This document shows, one piece after another, positions 1 through 8,839 of a DNA stretch of 64,000 bases; within the stretch, counting starts at the first letter, position 1, and every line of letters begins with the position of its first letter. This DNA is from a virus. The position numbers and the translations under genes are program-made. Location: IMG/VR virus record IMGVR_UViG_3300015371_000001, positions 1-64,000 of that record; one strand, given 5' to 3'. The notes below the pieces were generated by a model, which did no database searches, had not been told where the DNA came from, and worked only from the letters and a program-made list of their open reading frames with translations.

Positions 1-2
1 AG

Positions 3-185
3 GGCGACAACCGGATCTCGGACGAGGACTGCATCACCGCGATCATGATGATCCAGGACGCGGTCAACAAGGTCCGTGATCGGGGCGAGGGTCGTAACCC
101 GTACAAGGATGAGCAAGTCCAGGACGCGGTCAACAAGGTCCGTGACATGGGTAAGGACCTGAACGGCGGTGACCAAGATGCGTAA
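3..185 (+). CDS. 3' end of a hypothetical protein entering from the left edge
   Basis: Open frame from 3 to TAA at 183-185; QDAVNKVRD occurs twice (28-bp direct repeat at 52-79 and 118-145). Confidence 0.55.
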   Translation, partial: GDNRISDEDCITAIMMIQDAVNKVRDRGEGRNPYKDEQVQDAVNKVRDMGKDLNGGDQDA

Positions 186-558
186 GGTCATCATCGTCTT
201 TGCCGCGCTCAGCGCGCTGTGGTTCGGTGGTGGTCACGTCACCAGTGACGCGGCCACCGGCCATCACCAGATGGCGAGCCAACGGATCGATCCACCGCAG
301 AACTGGCAGCCTTGCCGGTCGAGCCGGTCGGTCCACTGCACCTTTGGCCAGCCGCGCGAGGGCATCGACTCGTACTGGCACGGAGCCAGCCAGCGGGACC
401 ACATGGTGACGCGCCAGCGTGCTGACACGCGGATGACGCAGGGCTTCCGGTACTACGGCTGGGACCCGGTTGGCAGGCAGCGCCATCACCGTGGCTGCTG
501 GATCAATCGAGACAGCACCATCGTCCGATGCAAGGACGGCGGCTTCTGGCGTACCTAG
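169..558 (+). CDS. Hypothetical secreted protein
   Basis: Basic N-terminus plus hydrophobic stretch (MRKVIIVFAALSALW...DAA), paired Cys. Confidence 0.6.
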   Translation: MTKMRKVIIVFAALSALWFGGGHVTSDAATGHHQMASQRIDPPQNWQPCRSSRSVHCTFGQPREGIDSYWHGASQRDHMVTRQRADTRMTQGFRYYGWDPVGRQRHHRGCWINRDSTIVRCKDGGFWRT

Positions 559-562
559 CCAA

Positions 563-592
563 GTTGACCTACGGCAACTAACCCTGTACCGT
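563..592 (+). promoter_or_regulatory. SigA-like promoter overlapped by GTTG-N8-CAAC box
   Basis: TTGACC 564-569, 17-nt spacer, TACCGT 587-592. Confidence 0.6.
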
Positions 593-709
593 AGGAACCT
601 GGTGCCCTGGGTCGGCCAGCCCTCCAAAGTTTGGCCGTCGTCCAGGGCACCTACCACTCCCATTCCGAAGTGACCGGGTTCGGCGCTTCAAGTTGACCGA
701 GGAGGTCAA

Positions 710-1075
710 ATGCACATTGCAGAAGGTTGGACGGTTCGCAAGGTCGTCGTTTGGGATGACTACACCGTCACCATCGATTACTACGAGGATGTCACTCGCT
801 ACCTCCAGTCGGACGGCAGCGAGATCGTCAACTTCTACCGCGCCAACCGTGAGGAGCGCGCCAAGATGTACGCCGCTCTGACGGGTGGTCAGTACATCCC
901 GCCGACGCGCGAGGAGCGTGCGGCTCGGGTCAAGATTGCCAAGGGCCGTGGTGTCGTGTTTAAGCACCGTGGTCGTCGTGGCGAGCTTCCGTTGGAGATC
1001 TGGGCGACCGGTATCGCTAACGCGGCTGAGCCGTTCGACCCTGATGACTACGTCGAGGTCGACCGCCCTGAGTGA
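710..1075 (+). CDS. Hypothetical protein
   Basis: GAGGAGG SD, GC3-biased codons. Confidence 0.75.
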   Translation: MHIAEGWTVRKVVVWDDYTVTIDYYEDVTRYLQSDGSEIVNFYRANREERAKMYAALTGGQYIPPTREERAARVKIAKGRGVVFKHRGRRGELPLEIWATGIANAAEPFDPDDYVEVDRPE

Positions 1076-1321
1076 GCACCGTGAACCCACATTCCGTGAG
1101 CGGTGGTGGCGACGCCGCCGCTCCGGTCTGTGGGACCTGTGGTTCATCCCGGCGACCATGCTGTTGATGCTCTACGTCGTGGCTCCGGCGCTGTGGCTGT
1201 TCTTCCAGTTTGTCCATATTGTCGCTGGTGCCATTGATTGACCTCTAGTGAGGCGTTAACACCTACATGATATAATTGGTGTAGGAGGTCCGAAGTACGG
1301 ACCGAATTGGAGGCAGTACCG

Positions 1322-1666
1322 ATGGACACCATGACGCCGGAGGAGGCTGCGATCTCGCGGCGACTCTCCGAGCTACTGGATTGGGCAGGCCGTCAGCGTG
1401 ACGGTGAGGCTCGACAGGCGCTCTGGCAGTGTGACGACGGCTGGATCGTCGGCTACACGACAGGCCGGATCAAGGGCGGTCCCCTCGACGGCAAGTTCGC
1501 CACGATGGGATTCAAGCCCCGAGGCAAGGGCGCTCGCTCCGGCGACCCGGAGAACGGGTGGGAGCGCGTCTACTACGTGAAGGCCGCGTCTCGGAAGCTC
1601 GCGAAGCAGCGGGCTATGCGGTTGTGGGACAAGCACAACTCGAAGCAGCGAGGCGGTCTGAAGTAG
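1322..1666 (+). CDS. Hypothetical protein
   Basis: GGAGG SD; TATAAT upstream near 1271. Confidence 0.7.
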   Translation: MDTMTPEEAAISRRLSELLDWAGRQRDGEARQALWQCDDGWIVGYTTGRIKGGPLDGKFATMGFKPRGKGARSGDPENGWERVYYVKAASRKLAKQRAMRLWDKHNSKQRGGLK

Positions 1667-1678
1667 GGTCCGCTGAGC

Positions 1679-1729
1679 CCTTGACGGTCTAGGTGACCAA
1701 GTGAGACAATAGAACCTAGACCGTCAAGG
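1679..1729. repeat. Perfect 16-bp inverted repeat containing a TTGACG -35 element
   Basis: CCTTGACGGTCTAGGT 1679-1694 / ACCTAGACCGTCAAGG 1714-1729. Confidence 0.85.
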
Positions 1730-1758
1730 CGGCGGTCGAGAGAGAAGGAACTAACAGG

Positions 1759-2184
1759 ATGAGGATTCACACTAAGCTCCACGAGAGCGACTTCGACGCG
1801 GCTGCGGAAGTGGCCAAGGTCGACCTCGTTGGAATCGTCCGGCATGGCAGCAGGAGTCACGACCACGCCTTCGACGTTCACCTTGAGGGCGCTGGCACTC
1901 GTCGGCCCAACGGCGGCTCCTCGGGTGCTGGCAGCGGCTACGCGGCCACCTGGGACCAGTGGGGCATCTTCCTGGCTGCGCTGTACGACCAGGACCCCGA
2001 CATGCTCTGTGGCTCGAAGTCGTACGCGACCTACGAGAACCGGAAGGACTTTCACTACCAGACCGCTCGGCGGTTCGACCGTGGCTGGCCTGCCGACTAC
2101 CACACCAACCACACCTGGGACTACGACCGAGACGCCGAGGAGCGGCGCTGTCGGCGGTGCAAGGCGATCCGGAGGTGGCGATGA
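1759..2184 (+). CDS. Hypothetical protein
   Basis: AAGGA SD, coding-like codon use, C-terminal CxxC. Confidence 0.7.
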   Translation: MRIHTKLHESDFDAAAEVAKVDLVGIVRHGSRSHDHAFDVHLEGAGTRRPNGGSSGAGSGYAATWDQWGIFLAALYDQDPDMLCGSKSYATYENRKDFHYQTARRFDRGWPADYHTNHTWDYDRDAEERRCRRCKAIRRWR

Positions 2185-2576
2185 CTAACAAGCGACTGTT
2201 CGACGTACCTGGTCAGATTGATCAGGACGACCCGAACATCGACGTGCCCTTCAGTGAGCGCGTCGGAGACTGTTACATGAACGCCGCGCAGTACTTCGTG
2301 GGCGGACTTGGTCTGCCTGAGGAGCGGCTGCCCGATGGCGCTCGCTTGGTCCACGGCACGATCCATGACGGACGCGGCTCTACGCCGATCCGCCACGCTT
2401 GGGTCGACCGAGGCGACGGCACGTTCTTCGAACCGACCAGCGGACACCGGCTGAGTGAAGTGGACTTCAAGCGCTACTTCAACCCGTCGGAGCGCGTCCG
2501 TTACACGATGGACGAGGCCAGGAAGAACCTGGTCGATCACGAGCACTACGGCGCGTGGGATGAGGTGAGCGTATGA
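2181..2576 (+). CDS. Hypothetical protein, possible papain/transglutaminase-like fold
   Basis: GGAGG SD, ATGA overlap; CYxNA...VHG...HAWV pattern. Confidence 0.55.
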   Translation: MTNKRLFDVPGQIDQDDPNIDVPFSERVGDCYMNAAQYFVGGLGLPEERLPDGARLVHGTIHDGRGSTPIRHAWVDRGDGTFFEPTSGHRLSEVDFKRYFNPSERVRYTMDEARKNLVDHEHYGAWDEVSV

Positions 2577-2893
2577 GGTTCATGAACGAGTGGGACCGCG
2601 AGCGTGCGTGTCGTCGATTCTCCCAGGGAGCTACGCCGAATCGGCTCTACTTGGCCGAGACGGTGGAGCGTCTGGCTCAGTGGACCGACCGTAACAGCGA
2701 CGGCTGGGCCTATTGGGGCAAGCCGGTTCGTGCTGCGGGCCGAGCCATCGAGTTGATCGATTCCACTACGTACGAGGCCAACCAGGCGCAGGAACGTACC
2801 GATGCGACTGAAGCTGAGGTCAAGGCCGCGCTTCGTCCGATCAAGTCGTTCCTGACACGGCACGGCATCGACCACGAGGAGGTGATCGTGTGA
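2573..2893 (+). CDS. Hypothetical protein
   Basis: ATGA overlap, GAGG SD. Confidence 0.7.
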   Translation: MRFMNEWDRERACRRFSQGATPNRLYLAETVERLAQWTDRNSDGWAYWGKPVRAAGRAIELIDSTTYEANQAQERTDATEAEVKAALRPIKSFLTRHGIDHEEVIV

Positions 2894-3115
2894 GGGATTG
2901 CGAGGTCAATATGACGACCAACACCTGCACGTTCACCACCCGCGCGACGTGCTATCGCTGCGGGATGCCTGCGTGTACTGGCTGCTCGCACCGGCTCCGT
3001 GGAGCCGTGCGGTCACCGTTGGACGAGGACCAGGGTCCTATCCGGATCTGCCGGGACTGCGTCAAGGACGAGCCCCAGCACGTTCAAGACGAGTTCGCTG
3101 CGAAGGAGGCGAAGT

Positions 3116-3376
3116 ATGGCTGAGCCGATTCGTTATGCCGTCGTGCGCGACGACAACATCGACCGTGTCAGCAGGTATCTGCCAGAGAACTACAAGGTGA
3201 TCCGGCGCGTGCCGGAGGGCTTGTTGATTCAGGGCCGTGACCACCACGGTTGGACGATGGACAAGTACGTGATCCCACGCCTGGCCTCTGGGCTGATCTT
3301 CGCTGAAGAAGTCGATGACCCGAGGTTCAACGACCCGGCGAACGACGGTGCGCTCGACGTGCAGATGGAGGGCTGA
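3116..3376 (+). CDS. Hypothetical protein
   Basis: AAGGAGG SD. Confidence 0.7.
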   Translation: MAEPIRYAVVRDDNIDRVSRYLPENYKVIRRVPEGLLIQGRDHHGWTMDKYVIPRLASGLIFAEEVDDPRFNDPANDGALDVQMEG

Positions 3377-3379
3377 ACG

Positions 3380-3742
3380 ATGTATCCCGACCGGCGTGAC
3401 AACTACATCTGCGTCGAGTGCCGGTACCACCGGTCCGGTCCGGGCAAGCGTTGTCCGAAGGGTCATGACCTGATCAACATGGGTCGGAACTTCAAGGTCC
3501 CTCGGAAGCGCGACGACCGCGCCTGGAAGGCCGTGGAGCAGGTCGCTAGGGACCACCGAGGGTTCGGTGGCAGCCTGCGCTCTCCGTGGAGTTACGGACG
3601 TACACGCCCGGAGGTTCGGTGGCGTACGCACCGCACGATGGCGGAGCTACGCCAGATCGATGTGCCGGTCCGGAAGATGCCTGGCGTGAAGAAGGGTCAG
3701 TACTACTTCCAGCCAGGCTCACTTCGAGGATGGAGGATCTGA
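3380..3742 (+). CDS. Hypothetical Cys-containing protein
   Basis: GGAGG SD; CxxC...CP. Confidence 0.65.
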   Translation: MYPDRRDNYICVECRYHRSGPGKRCPKGHDLINMGRNFKVPRKRDDRAWKAVEQVARDHRGFGGSLRSPWSYGRTRPEVRWRTHRTMAELRQIDVPVRKMPGVKKGQYYFQPGSLRGWRI

Positions 3743-3981
3743 TGCGAAACAAGGTGCGCTGTTACCACTGTGGTGGCACGTACGACCTGGGCAAGGTGGA
3801 GGTCACCGGACGCTACACCGACTGCTCGGTGTGGAAGGCTCCATGCTGCGGACGGACGGTGGACGACCGCCCGTGGCCGCATGGAGGGCACTACCGCGAG
3901 GTCAAGGGCGACTCGCCGTACGACGACGATGGCTACTACGTCATGGATGACGTGGGGGTGATCCGGTGGAACGACAGATGA
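3742..3981 (+). CDS. Hypothetical zinc-binding protein
   Basis: GGAGG SD, TGATG coupling; CxxC...CC. Confidence 0.65.
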   Translation: MRNKVRCYHCGGTYDLGKVEVTGRYTDCSVWKAPCCGRTVDDRPWPHGGHYREVKGDSPYDDDGYYVMDDVGVIRWNDR

Positions 3982-4104
3982 CGAAGTTGTTTCTGCTAGG
4001 AGGAGCTTGCCCGAAGTGTCAGGCGCTCCACACCTTGGGTGTCTGGCGCGTCCCTACGTCGTATGGCTTCGCGGACCGGAAGCGTTGTGAAGCGTGTGAT
4101 TTCG

Positions 4105-4527
4105 ATGCGCCTTGGTGAGGCAGTCAAGCTGGAGTGCGACCGGCAGCAGGTCGGCGAGGACCGGCGAGCGATGTTGACCGAGGCGTACATGGACGCCCGA
4201 GTGCTCTGTTGGGGCAACAGCAAGCCGACGCTGACTGACATCCTTCATCTGGCTCGCACTATCGAGCCGGACAACAAGGGTGAGTTCAGGACCGTCCCCG
4301 TGGTGTTTAGGAACGGGGCGTACGGCCCGAGTGCCGATACAGTACCGAACGCCATGTTGCGGTTGGTCTCCATGCTCGATGAGGACACCGACCCTGACGA
4401 GTGGATCAAGGACTTGTTGGGCATTCACCCCTTCACCGATGGCAACGGTCGGTTGGCTTGGCTCCTGCGTACCTGGCTCACCGGGACGTGGGACGACCTG
4501 GAGCCTCTACCGGACTACGGCTGGTAG
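4105..4527 (+). CDS. Fic/Doc family protein
   Basis: HPFTDGNGR Fic motif and upstream GEFRTVPV flap; start uncertain. Confidence 0.85.
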   Translation: MRLGEAVKLECDRQQVGEDRRAMLTEAYMDARVLCWGNSKPTLTDILHLARTIEPDNKGEFRTVPVVFRNGAYGPSADTVPNAMLRLVSMLDEDTDPDEWIKDLLGIHPFTDGNGRLAWLLRTWLTGTWDDLEPLPDYGW

Positions 4528-4595
4528 CCGCACGAAACCGCCCGATCTGAGTACTACCGGTTTGAAGGCGGAACCGATGATCTGGCTCAGAGAGG

Positions 4596-4970
4596 GTGAC
4601 GTGCGTGGACAGTGTGGTTGATCCCGAGTCCGGAGTGGTGCTCACCCCGCACACTCTGTGCTCTGATCCAGCCGAGTCGACCCGTGCCTTGTGGGTTGCG
4701 GTGGCCGACACCTACGACGCTCACGCGCTCGTCCCGCTCTGGATCTGGACCGCAGACCTGGTTAAGCAGCAAGCCAGGGAAGGCGTGGCCGATTGGCAGA
4801 TCATTCATGCCGTGAGTCACGCGATGGCAGTCGCTCTGAGGTGTTGTGGTGGCGAGCCTGGGTCCTACACGGTGCAGGAGGCGTACGACAGGCTCCCTGC
4901 CGACGTAGGCTGGCTTGATCTCCAAGATGCAGTCGAGCGCCTGGCGCAGACATGGGAGGCGATCCCCTAG
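4596..4970 (+). CDS. Hypothetical protein
   Basis: ORF in co-directional gene run. Confidence 0.5.
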   Translation: MTCVDSVVDPESGVVLTPHTLCSDPAESTRALWVAVADTYDAHALVPLWIWTADLVKQQAREGVADWQIIHAVSHAMAVALRCCGGEPGSYTVQEAYDRLPADVGWLDLQDAVERLAQTWEAIP

Positions 4971-5216
4971 TTGCCACATGTGACCGATGCTGACCTCAAC
5001 AAGCTGCGCGACGATTCGATCATCTTCACGCAGCTTGTCGATTGCCCCGAGTGTGGGGCGACCTTCGACGTTGAGTTCGACACCGGAGTCCGAGACGAAG
5101 ATGGGCTGACGGACCTTGGCTTGCTGGAGACCCCAGCGACGTGTCCGAGCCCCGAGTGCGGACACGAGTGGTCCGCCGAGTTCGAAGGTTGGACTAACTA
5201 TGGAGACGCTGGCTGA
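4971..5216 (+). CDS. Acidic zinc-ribbon protein
   Basis: CPECG...CPSPECG. Confidence 0.65.
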   Translation: MPHVTDADLNKLRDDSIIFTQLVDCPECGATFDVEFDTGVRDEDGLTDLGLLETPATCPSPECGHEWSAEFEGWTNYGDAG

Positions 5217-5520
5217 GCCAGAGATCGAAGTTCCACCCACTACCAATCGAGCCAAGGTCATCATCTGGGTCCGGCGCTGGTTGACCCGGCACCGTGAGCC
5301 CAGGATCTATCTGCTAGTACGTAAAGAGGACGTGTCTGGCATCTCCGGTGTCGGCGTCATCGCCCAGGTCGTGGAGTTCAGCGACGGCAGGGCCGTGATG
5401 CACTGGCCGGAGAACAAGGCCGAGGAGAAGCCGGAGACCACCACGGTGTTCCCGGACCTGAGGGCGATCCGGAAGCTCCACGGCCACGGCGACAAGACGG
5501 TGTTGGTGAAGATCTCGTAA
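5200..5520 (+). CDS. Hypothetical protein
   Basis: DVSGISGVGVIA..VEFSDG...HGH pattern typical of small phage proteins. Confidence 0.65.
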   Translation: METLAEPEIEVPPTTNRAKVIIWVRRWLTRHREPRIYLLVRKEDVSGISGVGVIAQVVEFSDGRAVMHWPENKAEEKPETTTVFPDLRAIRKLHGHGDKTVLVKIS

Positions 5521-5721
5521 ACAGGCTTGACGGTCTGGTTGACGGTCGGTAACTTGGAGACATGAGCTTGACCACGATGCCGACACAGCGCCCCGAGCGG
5601 CGCTACTTCGGCCTGTCGTGGCTCGATTGCATTCACGGGAATCAGGCCAAGTAGCAGGGCCGCGAGGTTAGAGCTAAGCTCCCTCGTCGTAAGTCCCGGA
5701 CCACGAGTAGATCAACTGCAT

Positions 5722-5793
5722 GGGCGATTGGTGTAACGGGAGCATGACGGCCTCCAAAACCGTTCGGTCAGGGTTCGAATCCTTGGTCGCCCG
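5722..5793 (+). tRNA. tRNA-Trp(CCA)
   Basis: Cloverleaf, loop CT-CCA-AA, GGTTCGAATCC. Confidence 0.85.
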
Positions 5794-5806
5794 CTGGAGA
5801 TAAAGG

Positions 5807-5836
5807 GTTGACGGTCGGCAACCGATCTGAGACACT
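5807..5836 (+). promoter_or_regulatory. Promoter with GTTG-N8-CAAC box for the tRNA/ncRNA array
   Basis: TTGACG 5808-5813, 17 nt, GACACT with upstream TG. Confidence 0.55.
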
Positions 5837-6070
5837 GAACCTCCAAGCACCACCGGGCATCACTGCCGGTGAACGTGCCAGACCGTTGTCAACTCAACAG
5901 TGGTGCCGATCTGATCGGTGTCCGTGCCTTTTCTGAGGAGCACGGCCATCGTTCAGACCCCTCCGGTGGTTTCGCTATCGCGCTTTCGCTGCTCCCCTGC
6001 TTCGACCGCCGCGACGTGAGCAACAGGCTCGGCTGCTTCGGCAGCGCCCTGGGGATCACCGGAGGGTCAT

Positions 6071-6142
6071 CGGACTGTAGCTCAGTGGTAGAGCACCTGC
6101 TTTGGGAGCAGGGGGTCCGGGGTTCGATTCCCTGTTGTCCGA
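6071..6142 (+). tRNA. tRNA-Pro(TGG)
   Basis: CCTGC-TT-TGG-GA-GCAGG. Confidence 0.9.
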
Positions 6143-6249
6143 CTACGGAATGGCTGCTGATCGTATGCCCACGACACGGCGGGTGAGACCTCAGACAGGT
6201 TCCGAGAGTGGTTCGGCAACTGGCCGTGCAGGGGCCGGACCATTCGCTC

Positions 6250-6320
6250 GCGGGTATAGCTCAGTGGTAGAGCTACTGCCTTCCAAGCAGAGGACCGGAG
6301 TTCGATCCTCCGTACCCGCT
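6250..6320 (+). tRNA. tRNA-Gly(TCC)
   Basis: CTGC-CT-TCC-AA-GCAG. Confidence 0.9.
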
Positions 6321-6474
6321 CGCATGTCCCTCTGATCGTGCAGGGACAGGGTCCGCTCGATAGAGGTAGGCCACCTCGACGGAGTGCCGAGATCCGCGCC
6401 CGAGCTTCGGCTTCGGCAGTCTGGCAGAACGGTGTGGTCGCGACCACCGGCTGTTTACAGACAGTACGATCAAT

Positions 6475-6547
6475 GCCCCGCTAGCTCAGTTGGCAGAGCG
6501 CTGGCGTCGTATCCCAGAGGTCTCCGGTTCGAAGCCGGAGCGGGGCT
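6475..6547 (+). tRNA. tRNA-Thr(CGT)
   Basis: CTGGC-GT-CGT-AT-CCCAG. Confidence 0.85.
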
Positions 6548-6550
6548 CGG

Positions 6551-6643
6551 GGAGGACTCCCTAGGATGAACTTGGGACCGAGCCGGTCTGAGACCGGGCG
6601 AGACGCCTGATGCGGGCCGTGTCAGGGCGCGAGTCCTCCGCCA
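6551..6643 (+). ncRNA. tRNA-like structured RNA with 9-bp acceptor-like stem and GCCA end, no T-loop
   Basis: GGAGGACTC/GAGTCCTCC + GCCA enclosing three hairpins. Confidence 0.55.
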
Positions 6644-6644
6644 T

Positions 6645-6717
6645 GCCGCTCTAGCTCAAGCTGGTAGAGCAACGCACTTGTAATGCGTCGGTGCGAGTTC
6701 GAGCCTCGCGGGCGGCT
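6645..6717 (+). tRNA. tRNA-Thr(TGT)
   Basis: ACGCA-CT-TGT-AA-TGCGT. Confidence 0.9.
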
Positions 6718-6854
6718 CGATGCTCCCTCGCTGGCGGGAGAGACCAGTCTGAAGGCATCCGGAGCCGGAGGACGAAAGGTAGAGCGAGTAAGTTACGTAA
6801 CCGACCCCGACGAGAGTCTGGGGTGACGACCACTGCGCTCGCTCAGCCAGCATT

Positions 6855-6927
6855 GCCGGTGTAGCTCAGTGGTAGCAGCGCATCCTTGGTAAGGATGAGG
6901 TCGTGAGTTCGATCCTCACCTCCGGCT
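6855..6927 (+). tRNA. tRNA-Thr(GGT)
   Basis: CATCC-TT-GGT-AA-GGATG. Confidence 0.9.
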
Positions 6928-6932
6928 CTCGA

Positions 6933-7005
6933 TGCCAGGTGCTCTGTCGGTAGGGCAGCGGGGCCTTGACCCCCGTGTTCGTAGGTTCGAGTCCTACTCT
7001 GGCAG
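6933..7005 (+). tRNA. tRNA-Gln(TTG)
   Basis: CGGGG-CC-TTG-AC-CCCCG; U1-A72, G73. Confidence 0.8.
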
Positions 7006-7023
7006 CTTGGTAACACAAACCGA

Positions 7024-7097
7024 TGGCGTGTGCGTTGGTTGGTCACGCACCTGGGCTCTGAACCCAGACGACGCAGGTTCGACACCTGCCGCGCCAG
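7024..7097 (+). tRNA. tRNA-Gln(CTG)
   Basis: CTGGG-CT-CTG-AA-CCCAG. Confidence 0.85.
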
Positions 7098-7158
7098 CTA
7101 GGAGCTACCTTCGCGGGGTTGATAGCGGGTTGGTCCACCGTGCTCCGTACGGACCGTT

Positions 7159-7232
7159 GCGGATGTAGCTCAGTAGGCAGTAGCGTCACGTTGCCAACGT
7201 GAAGGTCGCCGGTTCGACCCCGGTCATCCGCT
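7159..7232 (+). tRNA. tRNA-Gly(GCC)
   Basis: TCACG-TT-GCC-AA-CGTGA. Confidence 0.9.
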
Positions 7233-7345
7233 CTCCGGCTCTTGAGCGCTTGCGCGCTCCGCGAGTGGAGTCCCCCCGAGACTCGCGTTCCTACACAAGA
7301 GCCGGTCGCCAGGCGCACGCTCCGTCGGCGTCGCGTCTGGCACTT

Positions 7346-7418
7346 GGGTTGATAGCTCAGTTGGTAGAGCGTCCGGCTGAAAACCGGAAGGTCCCTGGTT
7401 CGATCCCAGGTCTACCCA
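7346..7418 (+). tRNA. tRNA-Phe(GAA)
   Basis: TCCGG-CT-GAA-AA-CCGGA. Confidence 0.9.
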
Positions 7419-7473
7419 CGGGCCGACTCGGAAGTTCCCCTTACAGGGGCACGGGCTCCGAGTCGGTCTCCAA

Positions 7474-7551
7474 GGGGTTGTAGCTCCAACAGGTCAGAGC
7501 GCCGGTCCGATAAACCGGAGGTTGTTGGTTCAAATCCAGCCTGCCCCACCA
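7474..7551 (+). tRNA. tRNA-Ile(GAT)
   Basis: CCGGT-CC-GAT-AA-ACCGG; encoded CCA. Confidence 0.85.
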
Positions 7552-7556
7552 AGGTG

Positions 7557-7585
7557 TTGACCATCGACACCTCGCATGGTAGAGT
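7557..7585 (+). promoter_or_regulatory. SigA-like promoter inside the tRNA array
   Basis: TTGACC, 17-nt spacer, TAGAGT. Confidence 0.6.
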
Positions 7586-7594
7586 TATCGGCAT

Positions 7595-8030
7595 CGGTTG
7601 GAGCCCGTGAGAATCGGGCCGCAAGGCGGAACCCTCCAGCCGTAGAGGCAGGGAAGCCAACCCCATGCCATCTCCTAGGTCACCTGGCGGCGACCGGCAG
7701 ATGGGGCCTCGATGAGGGCTAGGGATGCCTCCAACCTTCGGGATCGGAGCCGTCTGTGTTAGGTCAGACCATCCCTGCCCTCGACCTCTCAAGAGCCGGA
7801 CTGGCTAAAGGGGTTACCGCTGGATCGTACGGAGGGCCTTCGAGCCTCGCCCTGAGACCAAGTGACACGCCACCTGCCTCTTGAGAGGCACACCCTCTGG
7901 GAGCGGTTCAAGGCCGCAGTGATGGGCAGCGGCAGTAGCGATTACCCGTCACAAGTGGGACCCTGCCACCGTCTTTATGGAACGGCTCAGCCCAGAGGGA
8001 TCGGAGCCCTCCACGGTGCAGGCTCCGATA
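7595..8030 (+). ncRNA. Series of structured non-coding RNA domains
   Basis: Consecutive closing helices, e.g. CCTCTCAAGAG 7785-7795 / CTCTTGAGAGG 7878-7888, CCCTCTGGG / CCCAGAGGG, TCGGAGCC / GGCTCCGA; no credible ORF. Confidence 0.55.
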
Positions 8031-8035
8031 CACAC

Positions 8036-8108
8036 GCCCTGGTCGTCTAGTGGCCTAGGACCCGGCCCTTTCAAGGCCGAGACGCGGGTTCGAATCCCGC
8101 TCGGGGAA
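8036..8108 (+). tRNA. tRNA-Glu(TTC)
   Basis: CGGCC-CT-TTC-AA-GGCCG. Confidence 0.9.
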
Positions 8109-8122
8109 CGCAGTAACATCCT

Positions 8123-8195
8123 GGGGATGTAGCTCAACTGGCGAGCAACTGTTTTGCACGCAGTAGGTATGCGGGTTCGAGTCCCGTCATCTCCA
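8123..8195 (+). tRNA. tRNA-Ala(TGC)
   Basis: ACTGT-TT-TGC-AC-GCAGT; G3:U70. Confidence 0.9.
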
Positions 8196-8365
8196 CTTGC
8201 AAAGACCGCAAGACCCTGGTCTCGCGATCCCAAGAGGCGTACACCTCTCAGGGTAAAGTCACCGCCAATGTACGAAAGGCGATTGGCAGGCTAGGGAAAA
8301 ATCCACGGTGGGAACCCGTGCAGGCTGTTGGACCGAGGACGCTCGGCGGTCAGCCGCCAATTCGA

Positions 8366-8438
8366 TCCCCTGTAGCTCAATCGGCAGAGCGGCGCACTGT
8401 TAATGCGTAGGTTTCTGGTTCGAGTCCAGGCGGGGGAG
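8366..8438 (+). tRNA. tRNA-Asn(GTT)
   Basis: GCGCA-CT-GTT-AA-TGCGT. Confidence 0.9.
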
Positions 8439-8675
8439 CGCTAGGGCAGTTAATCGATGTCCTGAGGTAAGCCCCTTATGCTGGATCTCCAGATCGCGTA
8501 GGGCACGTCCACAAGGACTGGCGGATGGTCAGTTCCTCTGTGGGTAGCGTGAGAACCAACTTGGACTCCCAAGGCATAGCACGGCAGCCAAGATCCTCAA
8601 AGGCGAAACCGGGCGCACCCTACAGTCGGGGACGCCACTCGATTCGGCGGCATCGGTCGTTACTCAGATGCTCAT

Positions 8676-8750
8676 GCGGACGTGGTCCAGTCGGTCTAGG
8701 ACGCCACCCTGTCAAGGTGGAGATCGCGGGTTCGAATCCCGTCGCCCGCG
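8676..8750 (+). tRNA. tRNA-Asp(GTC)
   Basis: CCACC-CT-GTC-AA-GGTGG. Confidence 0.9.
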
Positions 8751-8765
8751 CTTTGTAACACCCGA

Positions 8766-8839
8766 GCCGCGTTGGTCTAGTGGTCTAGGACGCCTGCCTC
8801 TCAAGCAGGAGGTCACGGGTTCGAAGCCCGTACGCGGTA
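8766..8839 (+). tRNA. tRNA-Glu(CTC)
   Basis: CCTGC-CT-CTC-AA-GCAGG. Confidence 0.9.

Noticed and set aside
6749-6780. Hammerhead-like CTGAAG...CGAAA
   Set aside because: Core reads CUGAAGG rather than CUGANGA and stems I and III could not be built
8597-8636. c-di-GMP-I-like AAGGCGAAACC...GGGGACGC
   Set aside because: Lacks the GNRA loop and P3 arm and has no downstream gene; partial resemblance only
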